DNA of 63,441 nucleotides, filler included, from Octopus bimaculoides (taxonomy: Eukaryota): the NCBI RefSeq assembly GCF_001194135.2. It is 5 parts of 5 records of this genome, joined end to end, with 100 filler letters (N's around TTAATTAATTAA, not from the genome) between each part and the next. Parts side by side here need not be neighbours in the genome. Positions count along the whole stretch, not along the records: positions 17,185 to 42,912 come from NC_068995.1; 4 more parts are not named here. One strand, 5' to 3'. Positions within the stretch are counted from its first letter, which is position 1. Each line of letters opens with the position of its first letter. The notes beneath the pieces are model-generated. The model was not told the origin of the DNA. It worked only from the letters and a program-made list of their open reading frames with translations, and made no database searches. Below are positions 26,440 to 39,667 of the stretch, one piece after another. The translations under genes and the position numbers were made by a program.

Positions 26440-26669
26440 TTATCTTTTCTTTTACTTTTTCAGTCATGACCACGGCCATGCTGGGGCACCGCCTTGAAGA
26501 AGTTTTAATTGAATGAACCAACCACAATACATTATTCTTTTGAAGCCTGGTACTTATTCTATCGGTTTCTTTTTGCCGAACCGCTAAGTTACGGGGACGT
26601 AGTAAACACACCAACATCAGTTGTCAAGCGGTGGTGGTGGTGATGGGCAAACACACACACACACACACG

Positions 26670-26720
<51 letters not shown>

Positions 26721-26826
26721 TGGGCTTCTTTCAGCTTCCGTCGACAAAATCCACTCGCGGCGCGGTTTTAATGGCCCAAGACTATAGTAAAGACACTGAA
26801 GGTGCCACATAGTGAGACTGAACCCG
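26440..26826 (-). mobile_element. SINE family A, near full length
   Basis: Tail, core, CA tract and head all collinear with other copies. Confidence 0.88.
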
Positions 26827-26829
26827 AAT

Positions 26830-27050
26830 TTTTAAGCCTCCTGTGTAAAGTAACGGACATATTTGTGCGTTTAGGTTAGCTTAAACCACTGCTCTCGTTT
26901 ACAGATTTTAAGCTCTCCTGGAGGGAGTTTTAGCCTTCTAATTGCAAGGATAATCACAATGCATTCCATTTTCCAGACTCTGCTTTGTGATTTTAGGTAG
27001 ATTTAGCTTTTCCTTTAAGCATGTCAAGCGCTCACGATTTCCTCGTTCTC
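26830..27050 (-). mobile_element. Possible decayed pogo-type DDE fragment
   Basis: LKLPP...EQWF...VRYFTQE; weak resemblance only. Confidence 0.3.
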
Positions 27051-27821
27051 GTTTTAACAACAGGCTTAAACCCAGATTGAACCGGATTATGATCAAATAT
27101 ATATTCTGGTCATGACCATCCAGTCCGATTTTGTTTAGTCATAGTATATTTTATGAATTGTCACTGTTGCTGTTGCTGTTTAGCCCCAGGTCAATCTTGC
27201 TCAATGAAAATCCAGCCATAACATGTCTTTATTTCTCAGACATATTGTATCGAAAACTGTGAGCACCGACACTACCACCGCCACCACCACCACCACCACC
27301 ACCACCACNNNNNNNNNNNNNNNNNNNNNNNNNNNNNNNNNNNNNNNNNNNNNNNNNNNNNNNNNNNNNNNNNNNNNNAATGAAAAATGCAAGACAAACA
27401 GCAATACAATTGGATATAACGGGATCAAGTATCGAAGATAAGCAGAAACCCACCGAATTCTCACCCTATCCCCTTCTTGGAAAGTTTCGCTGTCTGTGAT
27501 TGGTCAATATATATGTCAGTTACATCATTCTGAAAGCAGGAAGGGACACTTTGCTAAGAGACAGGGTGAAAGTAAGAACCCTGTTTCTTTTCAATGATTT
27601 CTGTCTAATAAAAATGTAGCTATAGTGGGGGGGGGGGATGTACATTGATAATTTTTGGGTTAAAATATACTATCGCTACCATCTCCACCATCCTCACCAA
27701 CGCAGCCCCCGCCGCCCGCGCAGACCCCGCACAGCCTCGCCCCGCCGTCACGACGACGACGTCATCCCCTTGAAAATAGGTGAAGATAACTCAGTGAATC
27801 AGACGTATGTATGTATGTATG

Positions 27822-27855
<34 letters not shown>

Positions 27856-28098
27856 TATATGTATGTACATACATTCACACACACACATCTCTATGTTTAT
27901 GCATGCATGTATACATGCATACATAATACAGATATATATATGTATATATATATATGTATATAAATATATAGTTTTAGAGAAAAGAAGTTTCAATTTATAT
28001 ATAAAGCTCAATTTAATTTTAATTTTTTATAAATTGATTTGAATTGAGTTTTTACCTGTAATTTTGGATTTTGTCCCTGATATTATTATTAGATAGGT

Positions 28099-28152
<54 letters not shown>

Positions 28153-28254
28153 ACAAAGACGCACACATTCGTGCATATGTATCTGCGTTTGTGTGTGTAT
28201 GGAAGCATGTATGTGTATACATATATGTAATTTTGTGTGCATGTGTGTAGATTA

Positions 28255-28501
28255 TAGTGGTTAGGGCAGCGGACTCGCGGCCGTAGGATCGCGGTTTCGA
28301 TTCCCAGACCGGTTGTTGTGAGTGTTTATTGAGCAAAAACACCTAAAGTTCCACGAGGCTCCAACAAGGGATGGTGGCGAACCCTGTTGTACTCTTTCAC
28401 CACAACTTTCTCTAACTCTTTTTTCATGTTTCTGTTGTACATGTATTTCAAAGGGCCAGCTTTGTCACACTCTGTGTCACGCTGAATCTCCCCGAGAACT
28501 A
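28255..28501 (+). mobile_element. SINE family B-related copy with tRNA-like head
   Basis: TAGTGGTTAGGGCAGCGGACTCGCGGCCGTAGGATCGCGGTTTCGATTCCC (A and B boxes). Its 3' part matches the reverse complement of 53810-53875. Confidence 0.82.
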
Positions 28502-28674
28502 CATATATATATATATATATATATATANNNNNNNNNNNNNNNNNNNNNNNNNNNNNNNNNNNNNNNNNNNNNNNNNNNNNNNNNNNNNNNNNNNNNNNNN
28601 NNNNNNNNNNNNNNNNNNNNNNNNNNNNNNNNNNNNNNNNNNNNNNNNNNNNNNNNNNNNNNNNNNNNNNNNNN

Positions 28675-28950
28675 TACTCTTTTACTTGTTTCAGTCATTT
28701 GACTGCAGCCATGCTGGAGCACCGCCTTTTAGTCGATCAAATCGACCCCAGGACTTATTCTTTGGAAGCCTAATACTTATTCTATCGGTCTCTTTTGCCG
28801 AACCGCTAAGTTACGGGGACGTAAACACACCAGCATCGGTTGTCAAGCGATGTTGAGGGGACAAACACAGACACACACACACACACACACATACACACAC
28901 ACACACATATACATATATATATACGACGGGCTTCTTTCAGTTTCCGTCTA
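28675..28950 (-). mobile_element. SINE family A, 3' two-thirds
   Basis: High similarity to the 32749-33105 copy. Confidence 0.9.
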
Positions 28951-29270
28951 GAGGGACTCCATAAGTCAAAACTACCAAAATAAGCAAATTTTTACCGACC
29001 GCGAGGGAATGTAACTTTCAAAGCTAACCTCCTAAAAACTTTTAACTTAACGGTAAACCAATGGTTTCATAATTAACGCACCAAACTATGCAGTAAACTG
29101 CATAATTTTTTAATATTATTCTTATTTACTTATATATGTGCATACATATATACATACATATATATATATACAATATATACATATATCTACACACATACTC
29201 ATACGTGCATGCATGTCTACACCCATACACACACATACATCTACACCCATACACACACATACATCTACAC

Positions 29271-29690
29271 ATAAAACTTAGATAAAACTTAGATATGTTT
29301 CGACCAAAGATTGGTCCAGGCCATGTCTAACTTAATAGCACCACCTGATAGGATTATCTAAATCCTTTTTACAGTCAAGTTTGGTCTATGGTCCATTCAA
29401 GTAGTGTGTTCTTGGTGGCTTGTCTAGTATTCTTTGAAGAAAACTGTCTAGACTCCGTTTAAAGCTGATAGGATCCTTTTCCTCTTTTATCTGTTTCGGG
29501 ACAATGTTAAACAGGGCAGGGCCTGTTGAGGAAAAGAAATTATGCCGCAGTGTACCTATATGTTGTAATCATAAATTGGGCAGGGGACGTATGGCCCTGG
29601 TCCCAGCCTAGGATGAACCTTGAAACTAATGTTCAGGTCATGGCCCGTGGTCTCAGCCTTGGATGAACCTTGAAACTAATGTTCAGGTCT
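29271..29690 (-). mobile_element. CR1 family 1 3' end with (ATCTAAGTTTT)2 tail
   Basis: Reverse complement aligns with about 20990-21358 (GGTGGTGCTATTAAGTTAGACATGG...TTGGTCGAAACAT). Confidence 0.88.
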
Positions 29691-29794
29691 GAATACACTC
29701 ACATGATTATATGTAACTACATATATGTATTTCAATATCATGCATCTCAACATGTATGCATGGATTTATACATGTAAATGAGAGAAAGGGGTAA

Positions 29795-30120
29795 TTATAG
29801 ATAGGTACTCCCGAGTGGAATTTGGGTACTACCCCATTCAGATCTACGGTTGAGGGTGGGTTTGTATTCCTGTATACAGACAGCTGCAGTGACTTGTCTC
29901 AGCATTGCATCAGTGGGATGTGTAGATAAGATGTCTAACCTAAGTCTCCCTAAGGAGCCATTGTGACACTCTACAGCATACTGATAGAAGATGGAATTTA
30001 TTATTTTTTTTTCAGTGTAGTTGTCCAGGTGTTCTTTGAACCTATAATTGATGCTCCTAGAAGTCTCACCGATATACGACTCTGGGATAATCGCGCAAAC
30101 CCCTTCTTGGCACTTAATCT
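29795..30120 (-). mobile_element. PLE GIY-YIG endonuclease fragment
   Basis: YIGETSRSINYRFKEH...DAMLRQVTAAVCIQEYKPTLNRRSEWG. Confidence 0.8.
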
Positions 30121-31399
30121 GGTATATATATATCTGGTATATATATATANNNNNNNNNNNNNNNNNNNNNNNNNNNNNNNNNNNNNNNNNNNNNNNNNNN
30201 NNNNNNNNNNNNNNNNNNNNNNNNNNNNNNNNNNNNNNNNNNNNNNNNNNNNNNNNNNNNNNNNNNNNNNNNNNNNNNNNNNNNNNNNNNNNNNNNNNNN
30301 NNNNNNNNNNNNNNNNNNNNNNNNNNNNNNNNNNNNNNNNNNNNNNNNNNNNNNNNNNNNNNNNNNNNNNNNNATATATATATATATATAGACACACACG
30401 TGCAAAAATATGCATGCATACAAATATGTGTGTGTATGGATGTATATAAGTACGTATGAATGTCTATATAGGCGTGTGTGTTTATCGGAAACAACAGAAT
30501 GCTTTAGAGATTCGCCTCATAACCATGAAATCTCGGGTTCAGTTCCACTTTCCTGTAGTGAGCGAAATTGGCTGGACAAGAACACTTGTTCAATATATTA
30601 TTACTGAATTATATTGTGTCTGTGGAATACTCAGCCACTGCTCGTTGATTCAATGGACAGCTAGTTTATTTGATAGAACAGCTGAATCCTTATCTTCGGA
30701 ACCAACGGAGAACCATTACATTATGCATACATCTTATACATGAAATGTTTTACAGTCATATATTTGAGTGTGTACATGCGTGTGAGTAGTGTTTCTTATA
30801 CGCTGTTGTCACAGTATTATGTGTGTATATTTCTATTTAATCGCAGGATGTGTTTTCTGTCAGCTTCGACGGGCGACATTTGACATTTAAGAATGCTTCT
30901 TACTGTTGGTCACGAATGAAACATCCTCGCCGAAGACCTCCAGTTCTTCCTCGACCCTGAACACGAAAAATCCTGTCACATTTAAAAAGCTGTGTCCTCA
31001 GAGTCACTGTGGTTGGTGGCCAGAGCTTACGGTCACAGTATATGTTTTTATTTTAAGTCTTACTCAGGAATCTGCTAGGTTGATATACAAACATTTGAAA
31101 GAGAAATGGCAAGTTCAAATGTGGCACGTGCCGAGTATCTTTAAGTTTGTTGGTCTTCCATAAATACTCAGTGCACCAATCAATCCATCCATCCATCCAT
31201 CCATCCATCCATATAAACCTAGTACTGAAAGCGAGAACGTCTTACGTGTCGACAGTGAGCATCTCAGGAAGCGCTTTCTCTCTGGCGATCCCCAAACAGC
31301 AGGACTAACAAACCTCAAAGACGACTCGGATGTGAAACGCTCACGCCGAAAATAAAAAAAAAAGGAAGAAAAGACTATGCATGATTATGTTTCCCGATC

Positions 31400-32060
31400 A
31401 CTAATATCGACATGAAGTGTAGCCTCTTTTGGACTCGTGATAGCTACATCACATAACGTTTCGAAAGCTAATTCATTTGCAACCCAAGAACAGGAGATTG
31501 CTACAAAATGCTTAATAACAAAAGAGACATGAAGCCCTTGTATCTCTAAGATGCAACCGAAAAAGTCGATTACGCTACATTTCTGTGGTCTTTGCCCAAA
31601 ATGTCAACAAGATTTTAAAATACGATGTCGTCACGAAAACAATATAATGCCATCCGACAATAGGACTCTTCTGAGATAAACAGAGAGACCCCCATACCCT
31701 GTGACAGAATACATACATGAACATGACAAAAGGAATATCGGCAGAACATTCCTGTCAAATTAAGGAAGAGCAAACATAACAGGTCAATATTATTGTTTGG
31801 GATAAACAAGAAAAAAGTATGTACTGTCATAGGGGTCAGCTGCCCTACTGATATAAATATCTCTTCGGTGTATCAGAAAATGATATACCGAGTGGGTACT
31901 ACTACAACGCAAGCCACGACAGACAGAAAGGATGCGCTTAAAGCCGACATTTGAGTTTATGGAAACAATATTTACATATCGCCTGAGGAAACACAATTAG
32001 ATCTCATAATGCAGGGAAACGGTTACATAACCAAATACCTGCGAACCTGGAGAACTACGT
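31400..32060 (+). mobile_element. R4/Dong-type LINE knuckle/endonuclease fragment, related to the 6-7.5 kb copy
   Basis: FATQEQEIATK; degenerate CCHC region; VNIIVWDKQEKSMYC; GVSCPTDINIS. Confidence 0.65.
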
Positions 32061-32160
32061 TTCGTAGAAACAATTGTAGTGATTGCAAATAAATGTCCAA
32101 CCGTACTCGTTCTTGTTGATCCCAACTTATTCAATTATATATACATACATACATATATAT

Positions 32161-32197
<37 letters not shown>

Positions 32198-32748
32198 NNN
32201 NNNNNNNNNNNNNNNNNNNNNNNNNNNNNNNNNNNNNNNNNNNNNNNNNNNNNNNNNNNNNNNNNNNNNNNNNNNNNNNNNNNNNNNNNNNNNNNNNNNN
32301 NNNNNNNNNNNNNNNNNNNNNNNNNNNNNNNNNNNNNNNNNNNNNNNNNNNNNNNNNNNNNNNNNNNNNNNNNNNNNNNNNNNNNNNNNNNNNNNNNNNN
32401 NNNNNNNNNNNNNNNNNNNNNNNNNNNNNNNNNNNNNNNNNNNNNNNNNNNNNNNNNNNNNNNNNNNNNNNNNNNNNNNNNNNNNNNNNNNNNNNNNNNN
32501 NNNNNNNNNNNNNNNNNNNNNNNNNNNNNNNNNNNNNNNNNNNNNNNNNNNNNNNNNNNNNNNNNNNNNNNNNNNNNNNNNNNNNNNNNNNNNNNNNNNN
32601 NNNNNNNNNNNNNNNNNNNNNNNNNNNNNNNNNNNNNNNNNNNNNNNNNNNNNNNNNNNNNNNNNNNNNNNNNNNNNNNNNNNNNNNNNNNNNNNNNNNN
32701 NNNNNNNNNNNNNNNNNNNNNNNNNNNNNNNNNNNNNNNNNNNNNNNN

Positions 32749-33105
32749 TCTGGGTTCAGTCCCACTGTGTGGCACCTTGGGCAAGTGTCTTCTACTATAG
32801 CCTCGGACCGGCCAAAGCCTTGTGAGTGGATTTGGTAGACGGAAACTGAAAGAAGCCCGTCGTATATATGTATATATGTATGTGTGTGTATATGTTTATG
32901 TGTCTGTGTTTGTCCCCCCAGCTTCGCTTGACGACCGATGCTGGTGTGCTTGCGTCCCCGTAACTTGGCGGTTCGGCAAAAAAGACCGATAGAATAAGTA
33001 CTAGGCTTACAAAGAATAAGTCCTGGAGTCGAGTTGCTCGACTAAAGGCGGTGCCCCAGCATGGCCGCAGTCAAATGACTGAAACAAGTAAAAGAGTAAA
33101 AGAGT
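32749..33105 (+). mobile_element. SINE family A (well-preserved reference copy; head start in gap)
   Basis: GGGTTCAGTCCCACTG B-box region, core, and AAAAGAGT-repeat tail. Confidence 0.92.
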
Positions 33106-33168
33106 AATAGGGAATAAAATCCAAAACTTACAGGGAAAAATTCAAATTAGCAAAACTAAATCAAATTT

Positions 33169-33227
<59 letters not shown>

Positions 33228-34999
33228 NNNNNNNNNNNNNNNNNNNNNNNNNNNNNNNNNNNNNNNNNNNNNNNNNNNNNNNNNNNNNNNNNNNNNNNNN
33301 NNNNNNNNNNNNNNNNNNNNNNNNNNNNNNNNNNNNNNNNNNNNNNNNNNNNNNNNNNNNNNNNNNNNNNNNNNNNNNNNNNNNNNNNNNNNNNNNNNNN
33401 NNNNNNNNNNNNNNNNNNNNNNNNNNNNNNNNNNNNNNNNNNNNNNNNNNNNNNNNNNNNNNNNNNNNNNNNNNNNNNNNNNNNNNNNNNNNNNNNNNNN
33501 NNNNNNNNNNNNNNNNNNNNNNNNNNNNNNNNNNNNNNNNNNNNNNNNNNNNNNNNNNNNNNNNNNNNNNNNNNNNNNNNNNNNNNNNNNNNNNNNNNNN
33601 NNNNNNNNNNNNNNNNNNNNNNNNNNNNNNNNNNNNNNNNNNNNNNNNNNNNNNNNNNNNNNNNNNNNNNNNNNNNNNNNNNNNNNNNNNNNNNNNNNNN
33701 NNNNNNNNNNNNNNNNNNNNNNNNNNNNNNNNNNNNNNNNNNNNNNNNNNNNNNNNNNNNNNNNNNNNNNNNNNNNNNNNNNNNNNNNNNNNNNNNNNNN
33801 NNNNNNNNNNNNNNNNNNNATATATATATATATATATATACGCACACTCAGAAACGCTCGCGCGCACACGTTCAGAGAAAATTGCTGAGAAATAGCAACT
33901 AAGTCTTCCAGTCCTACTCATTCACTATGTATTTACTTTAAATAACAAGCGAGTAATTTGCGGGAGATTTGGCTGGTATTTCTAGCAGAAGTGATCGACT
34001 TTGAAAAGATCGCTGTTTACCAAAGGCTCTAAACAGTGCTGTTGACCTCCAGTTAGAAGTATAACTAACGTAGTTATCTTGTTTGTCTTTCTCTCTCTCT
34101 CTGTATTTCTCTTACCTTATCTCGATTAACAACAAATGTTGTTTATGACATCAGCAGCAGCAAAAACAATGATAAACCAAAGCGTATGGATTACATAAAC
34201 AAGCGAAATGGTGGAATGTTATGCAAAAGCAACAGCAACAGCAACTGCAACCTATGAAGCGTGACCAACCATGACCTGGCTGACTTGACAAAACGGATGA
34301 TGTCACATATGTTTTAGAGGATCAAGTGATTACTTTATTAAAGGACATGTAACACTGTCTCTCATTGTTACGATTGTTGCTGTTGATGTTATTGTTGGTG
34401 TTTTTTTGTGTTAGAAACCTGATCTTAACTCAGGTCAGCCTCGAGAAAGCGGATCAATGATGAAAGACGTTCCAGACGTGATCATCGTGTCTTTTTTTAA
34501 TTACTTAGTCAAACGCGTTCTATCTTTTTTCCCTTTTTCTAAGATGATAATAAAGTATAATTTAAGTGAGACTGGGTTTCTATTTCTAGTACATCGAGAG
34601 ACCCACGGTTGAGGAATTTCCTCCCACGTGTTGTTTCTTATTGAAGAGGAATGTTTCGAATATGTTAACTACGCTCCTCTTCTCCCTTCCGCTCTCCCCA
34701 TAAATGCCNNNNNNNNNNNNNNNNNNNNNNNNNNNNNNNNNNNNNNNNNNNNNNNNNNNNNNNNNNNNNNNNNNNNNNNNNNNNNNNNNNNNNNNNNNNN
34801 NNNNNNNNNNNNNNNNNNNNNNNNNNNNNNNNNNNNNNNNNNNNNNNNNNNNNNNNNNNNNNNNNNNNNNNNNNNNNNNNNNNNNNNNNNNNNNNNNNNN
34901 NNNNNNNNNNNNNNNNNNNNNNNNNNNNNNNNNNNNNNNNNNNNNNNNNNNNNNNAGAGAGAGAGAGAGAAAGGGAGAGAGAGAAGAATCTTTTCTGCT

Positions 35000-35210
35000 A
35001 CTGATGCAAGGCCTGAAATTTTGGAGGAAGGTGCTAGTCGATTATATATCGTCTCCAGTGATCAACGGGTACTTATTTTATCGACCTCAAAAGGATGAAA
35101 GGTAAATTCGACCTGGGCGAGATTTGAACTCAGAACATAAAAACAGACGAAATACCGCTCAGTATTTTGTGCGGCGTGCCAACTATTCCGTCAGCTCACA
35201 GCCTTAAATA
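35000..35210 (-). mobile_element. SINE family D
   Basis: GGTACTTATTTTATCGACC..AAAGGATGAAAGG...GAACTCAGAAC; same family as 54436-54650. Confidence 0.8.
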
Positions 35211-35240
35211 AAGCGAGAATAGTAATAAAAATATTTTCTT

Positions 35241-35273
<33 letters not shown>

Positions 35274-35331
35274 GTGTATGTATATATATGTATGTGTGTA
35301 CATATATGTATGTATTATGTGTGTGTGCGTG

Positions 35332-35381
<50 letters not shown>

Positions 35382-35582
35382 CACACACACATATATACAC
35401 ACACACACTCACACGCTCACACACGTGCATATCGGCAACATTCGTCAGTTTCTTGACAATGCGGTCATAACCCCGAAATATTGAATAAAGGCAAGTCTAC
35501 CTTAATTCACATATTTGTTTTCTTGTGATTTACCTTGCATTTACTTCGCATTGTTTTGCCCTTACCCACGATCTTTTATACA

Positions 35583-35673
<91 letters not shown>

Positions 35674-35907
35674 CAGGGTTGGCCAGAAGTCACCCGACAG
35701 TAAATCAAAATTCCATAAATACTATCTGTAATTCCGTATTGACTCGAATGGAAAAATGTGTCGCTCAAGAAGGATTTCAGTTTGAACTATTTTCATTATG
35801 TTTCATATTTAGATGCTTTTATTAAATAACATTCAGTTGTTAAACATAAATAAATCTTGGTATTAAATGGCTTTGATTTACTGTGAGGTGATTTTTGGCC
35901 AACCCTG
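35674..35907. mobile_element. Tc1/mariner-type MITE (234 bp) with TA target duplication
   Basis: Imperfect ~36-bp TIRs: CAGGGTTGGCCAGAAGTCACCCGACAGTAAATCAAA and CAGGGTTGGCCAAAAATCACCTCACAGTAAATCAAA (rc). TA on both sides. Confidence 0.9.
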
Positions 35908-35909
35908 TA

Positions 35910-36080
35910 CAGGCGCAGGAGTGGCTGTGTGGTAAGAAGCTTGCTCCCTAACAGCATGGTTCTGGGTTCAGTCCCACTGCGTGGCACCTCGGGCAAGTGT
36001 CTTCTGGTATAGCCTCGGGCCAACCAAAGCTTTGTGAGTGTATTTAGTAGACAGAAACTGGAAGAAACACGTCGTATATA
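35910..36080 (+). mobile_element. SINE family A 5' half
   Basis: GGCGCAGGAGTGGCTGTGTGGTAAG...GGGTTCAGTCCC tRNA-like head. Confidence 0.88.
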
Positions 36081-36081
36081 T

Positions 36082-36170
36082 ATCTATAATAATAAATGCT
36101 AAAACGAATTTCTATGTGTCAGTGTGTCACACTTTGACTCCCTCTCTCACTATTCGTGATACCTCTACTA
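36082..36170 (+). mobile_element. Possible Helitron-type 5' terminus fragment
   Basis: TCTATAATAATAAATGC followed by a GT-rich segment. Confidence 0.35.
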
Positions 36171-36754
36171 TTCTTCATGCTGGGGTGAGAGTAATAGGCG
36201 TAGAGACGGTGAGGGCAATAGTAGATTGACAGTTGTGATGGTAATGGGGTGATAGTAATAGTACGAGCTGTAGTAGTGATCGAGGAGGAGGCGATGGTGA
36301 TAATGGTGGTGGTGGTGGTAGCCGAGGCGGTCAGGGATGACGGTGATAGTAAGTGATGTGAAAGACAGTGGTGATGATGGTGGTGGGGAAGTCGGCAAAA
36401 TGAAAAATATTGATGGTGGTGGCGTCAGAAGTATAAATGATGTGTGTGTGGCAGTTGTGGTGGCGATGGTGGTGGTACTGTTGATGGTGATAGTTGAAAA
36501 CAATCAACAGAAAGAAAGAGAGAGAGAGAAAGAAAGAGGTTTGGCAGAAAAAAAATTGTACTGACCCTGAATGGGAAGACAAAAAATGTTGTTTATCATG
36601 TAGCTTTGCAATAAGTTTCAAGTCGACAAATTATATCATTGTTTTGATGAAAATTGTTCATTGCTTGAAAAATATTGGTCAAGTTTAATAAAATTTAATA
36701 TGTACTCAATGCATGAAGTGTCACTGTTAGGCCCAAGGCCCAATAAAGAGACCT

Positions 36755-37025
36755 CCACAGAAATACCCGGCGTTGCCTGGGTTAAAGAAAATAATGAAAT
36801 TTAAAAACGCCGACTAGATTACGCAGGTCTCAACTGCTAGTAGCTGAGATACTAACTTTCTACGTAACTCTGCAACTCATGCCAGCATGGAACATAGACG
36901 TTAAGTTAAATGTGAAAAGAAAGTTTTCAACTCATGTATGTATAGAAAGTAAATACACGTTTGCCTAACTTATTTCGTTACCAAAAAACAGGTACAGATT
37001 ATAAAGAATGAAAGGCCGTGCGTAG

Positions 37026-37087
<62 letters not shown>

Positions 37088-39000
37088 TAGACAGGGAATA
37101 TGTCACACTATTGTTTCTCTTTTATACACACAGATATACATTCACGCATGTCAGTCAAAAAGTGAAAGTGTAATAGTAATACTTTAACACTCAATGGTTT
37201 TACACTTCTGTATTTGACATGGACCTACTATTCATGTAAGTGCTTCTTCATATACTGTGTTTTCTGTCTTGCCATGCTTATCATTAAAAGTGTAGAGGTT
37301 CTTTTCATCTCCAACTCTAGAACATCCAAGATACATCTGACCACGTGAGAAGCAAGGTTGAAGGAGGTTAAGTCCCATGACCTTTAGAGATTGACCTTGT
37401 GCTTTGTTGATAGACATTGCAAAGCTAAGTTTGGTAGGAAACTGCAGTCTCTTGAACTGAAAGGGGAGATCCTTTCAGATGAGAGGTATCCTTGGAATGA
37501 AGACATTGTCACCCATCATGTTGCCATGATGGAAAAGTGGTTTCTCAGCTGCATAGGAAACTTGCACATTTGTGCCTCTGTCAGAGTGACATCTCAGTGT
37601 GCATCATCTTCCAGAAGATTTCTGAGACAGCAAGCCTGGCAATATATTTGACATACTGTGTTATCAACCATACGTAAGGCTGTAAATGATGCAGGTCCCT
37701 TGACATGGTGTAAAAGAAGCCTTAGATAGTAGCACTCTTAGTAGTTGGGATGGACAATATAGACTCTGCCAAGTGTGTCTGATTCCTTGATTCCCAGATG
37801 ATGTATGGGTGCTCCAAGTGCACGTCTTTTCCATTTGTTTTGGTACCAGGTATAGAATTCTGGAACGTCATTGTAGTAAATTCATCATCTTGACAGAGCT
37901 TGAAGAATGCTGTGAATTTGGTATTTTTGGGAGCTTCCATTTGTAGTTGGACTGTGTTTGTCAGTGTGCTGTCTCTGAGATGGAGGACAATGTCACACTT
38001 GTCATGTTCTCGCCCAACCAGAAGCACAGCTATTTCATTTGCTGTTGGCACATTAAACCTCCCTCCATGTTGACCATATGGTTTCTTGTCTGATCTGATA
38101 ACTACTTTGTAATCCACGGAGTCAGGTGGAATTGTTTCAAGTGCAGCGTTGAAGCTTCTGATCAGGTTGTTGTCGTTATGCAGCATCTTTGCAGAGACAC
38201 TACAATGCTTATCCTGATGCCAGAAATGTTCTTGCACCTCTCTTGTCCTTCTTGTTGAGAATTACTCATAAAATATATTTGAAGGAATTTTGGTGACTCA
38301 TTTGACAGAGGTAGTACAGAGCCAATCCGATGATAAATCTGACCTTGGACTTCGAAAGTTTGCATGAATCCTGGCTCAGTTATATCTGCTATGGCTCCAA
38401 ATGATGTCATCTGTAGTGCAGCATTGTACTGTCTAATTTTGTTTTGGAAGTGCTTCGAATCTTGGTCAGTTGATGACAACAGTTTCTTCAATGGCTCTGG
38501 AGGCTGGAGGATTGCAGGGAGTTTAACCTTTCCACCACTGCAGCACAGTGCAGGTGTCTCTCCAGACTACTTCCTTGCTTTACAATGTATGCACTCAGTG
38601 GTCATTGCATCAATGGATACTCTAGTATCATCTGCATAATGAACTACTGGGTCATAATTGAAAGCTGCTTCATAGAAGTTGCTTCTCTGAGCTGTTGCAA
38701 CTGCTCTTCGTTCTGCAGTGGAAATTCTATTTCTTGTCAGCCGTGCATACCTCTGTTCATCACTTAGAGACGCTCTAGCTTCTGTAGTGCACAGTCTGTT
38801 CGTTTCTTGGTATGCTTCCCTTTCTGCGGCTATCTCTCTTTTCCTGGACAGAGACATTTCTTTGGCTGACCTTGATATTGTAGACATAGGAATTTTGGAG
38901 GAAAACAATTGGGGTTTATTTTTTAGAACTGTTCCCCACTCGACGGTGTTTCGGAACAAGTCGTCCATATTTGCATTATTTTCTCCGTTTTGTGCTTTTG
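36755..39000 (-). mobile_element. Internally deleted Helitron
   Basis: CIHCKARK...CCSGGKVKL, IRQYNAALQMTSFGA, VQGQIYHRIGS, FNVPTANEIAVLLVG, ECYYLRLLLHHVKGPASF, and PIF1-type C-terminus MSINKAQGQSL...GQMYLGCSRVG. 3' hairpin CCCAGGCAACGCCGGG at 36766-36781. Confidence 0.9.
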
Positions 39001-39667
39001 TGCATCCGTAGATTTTTACTGAAGCAACAAACAGACAATAAAGGCAAATGAAGCCCTCACCAGAAAACTCGTTATGCTAAAAATAACATCTAAAGGTCTG
39101 GTACACAGAAATATATTATTAAGATGACTTATCTGGGATCTAGTCTTTCTCATTGATAAAAACTAGATCCCTTGTCTGTTGCATACGATTTTTTTTCACT
39201 TTAAGTAAATTCCCGGGTAAACGTTTCTAATAGAAAGGCAGAAGGCACCAGAAGTAAAAATAAGGAATATGCACGCACAGTTAAATATTAAATCCGGTTC
39301 TTTGCGGTTCACAGTCACAGTAAAGCATATTTTGCATATGTTCAGAAAATTCCAGGTAAAGTGTATTGGGTGGGATTTGTGACCCCCGCCATGTAGGCCA
39401 TGGCGAGAGTTCAACTCCAACCGTGGTTTACTTGGGTGATAGACTTAATTCATTACCAGGTTTAACATTACCATCTGGTCCTGGGGTACCTCTCGCAGAA
39501 TTCACTCTGTTGCAAGCCTTCGGGTTAGGTTTCCTACTTGAGAATAAATCCCTCCCTCCTTCTCACCAGTTTCGAAAGTCCTGTTAGGAGTCATGGGCAT
39601 TGCCTATCTACTTGACTAAAATGAAGGGGATCCCGAATCTTCATCAGAGAAGAAAATTCAAGGGAGA

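Noticed and set aside
28255-28320. tRNA gene
   Set aside because: A/B boxes are present but there is no complete cloverleaf, and it continues into a SINE body.
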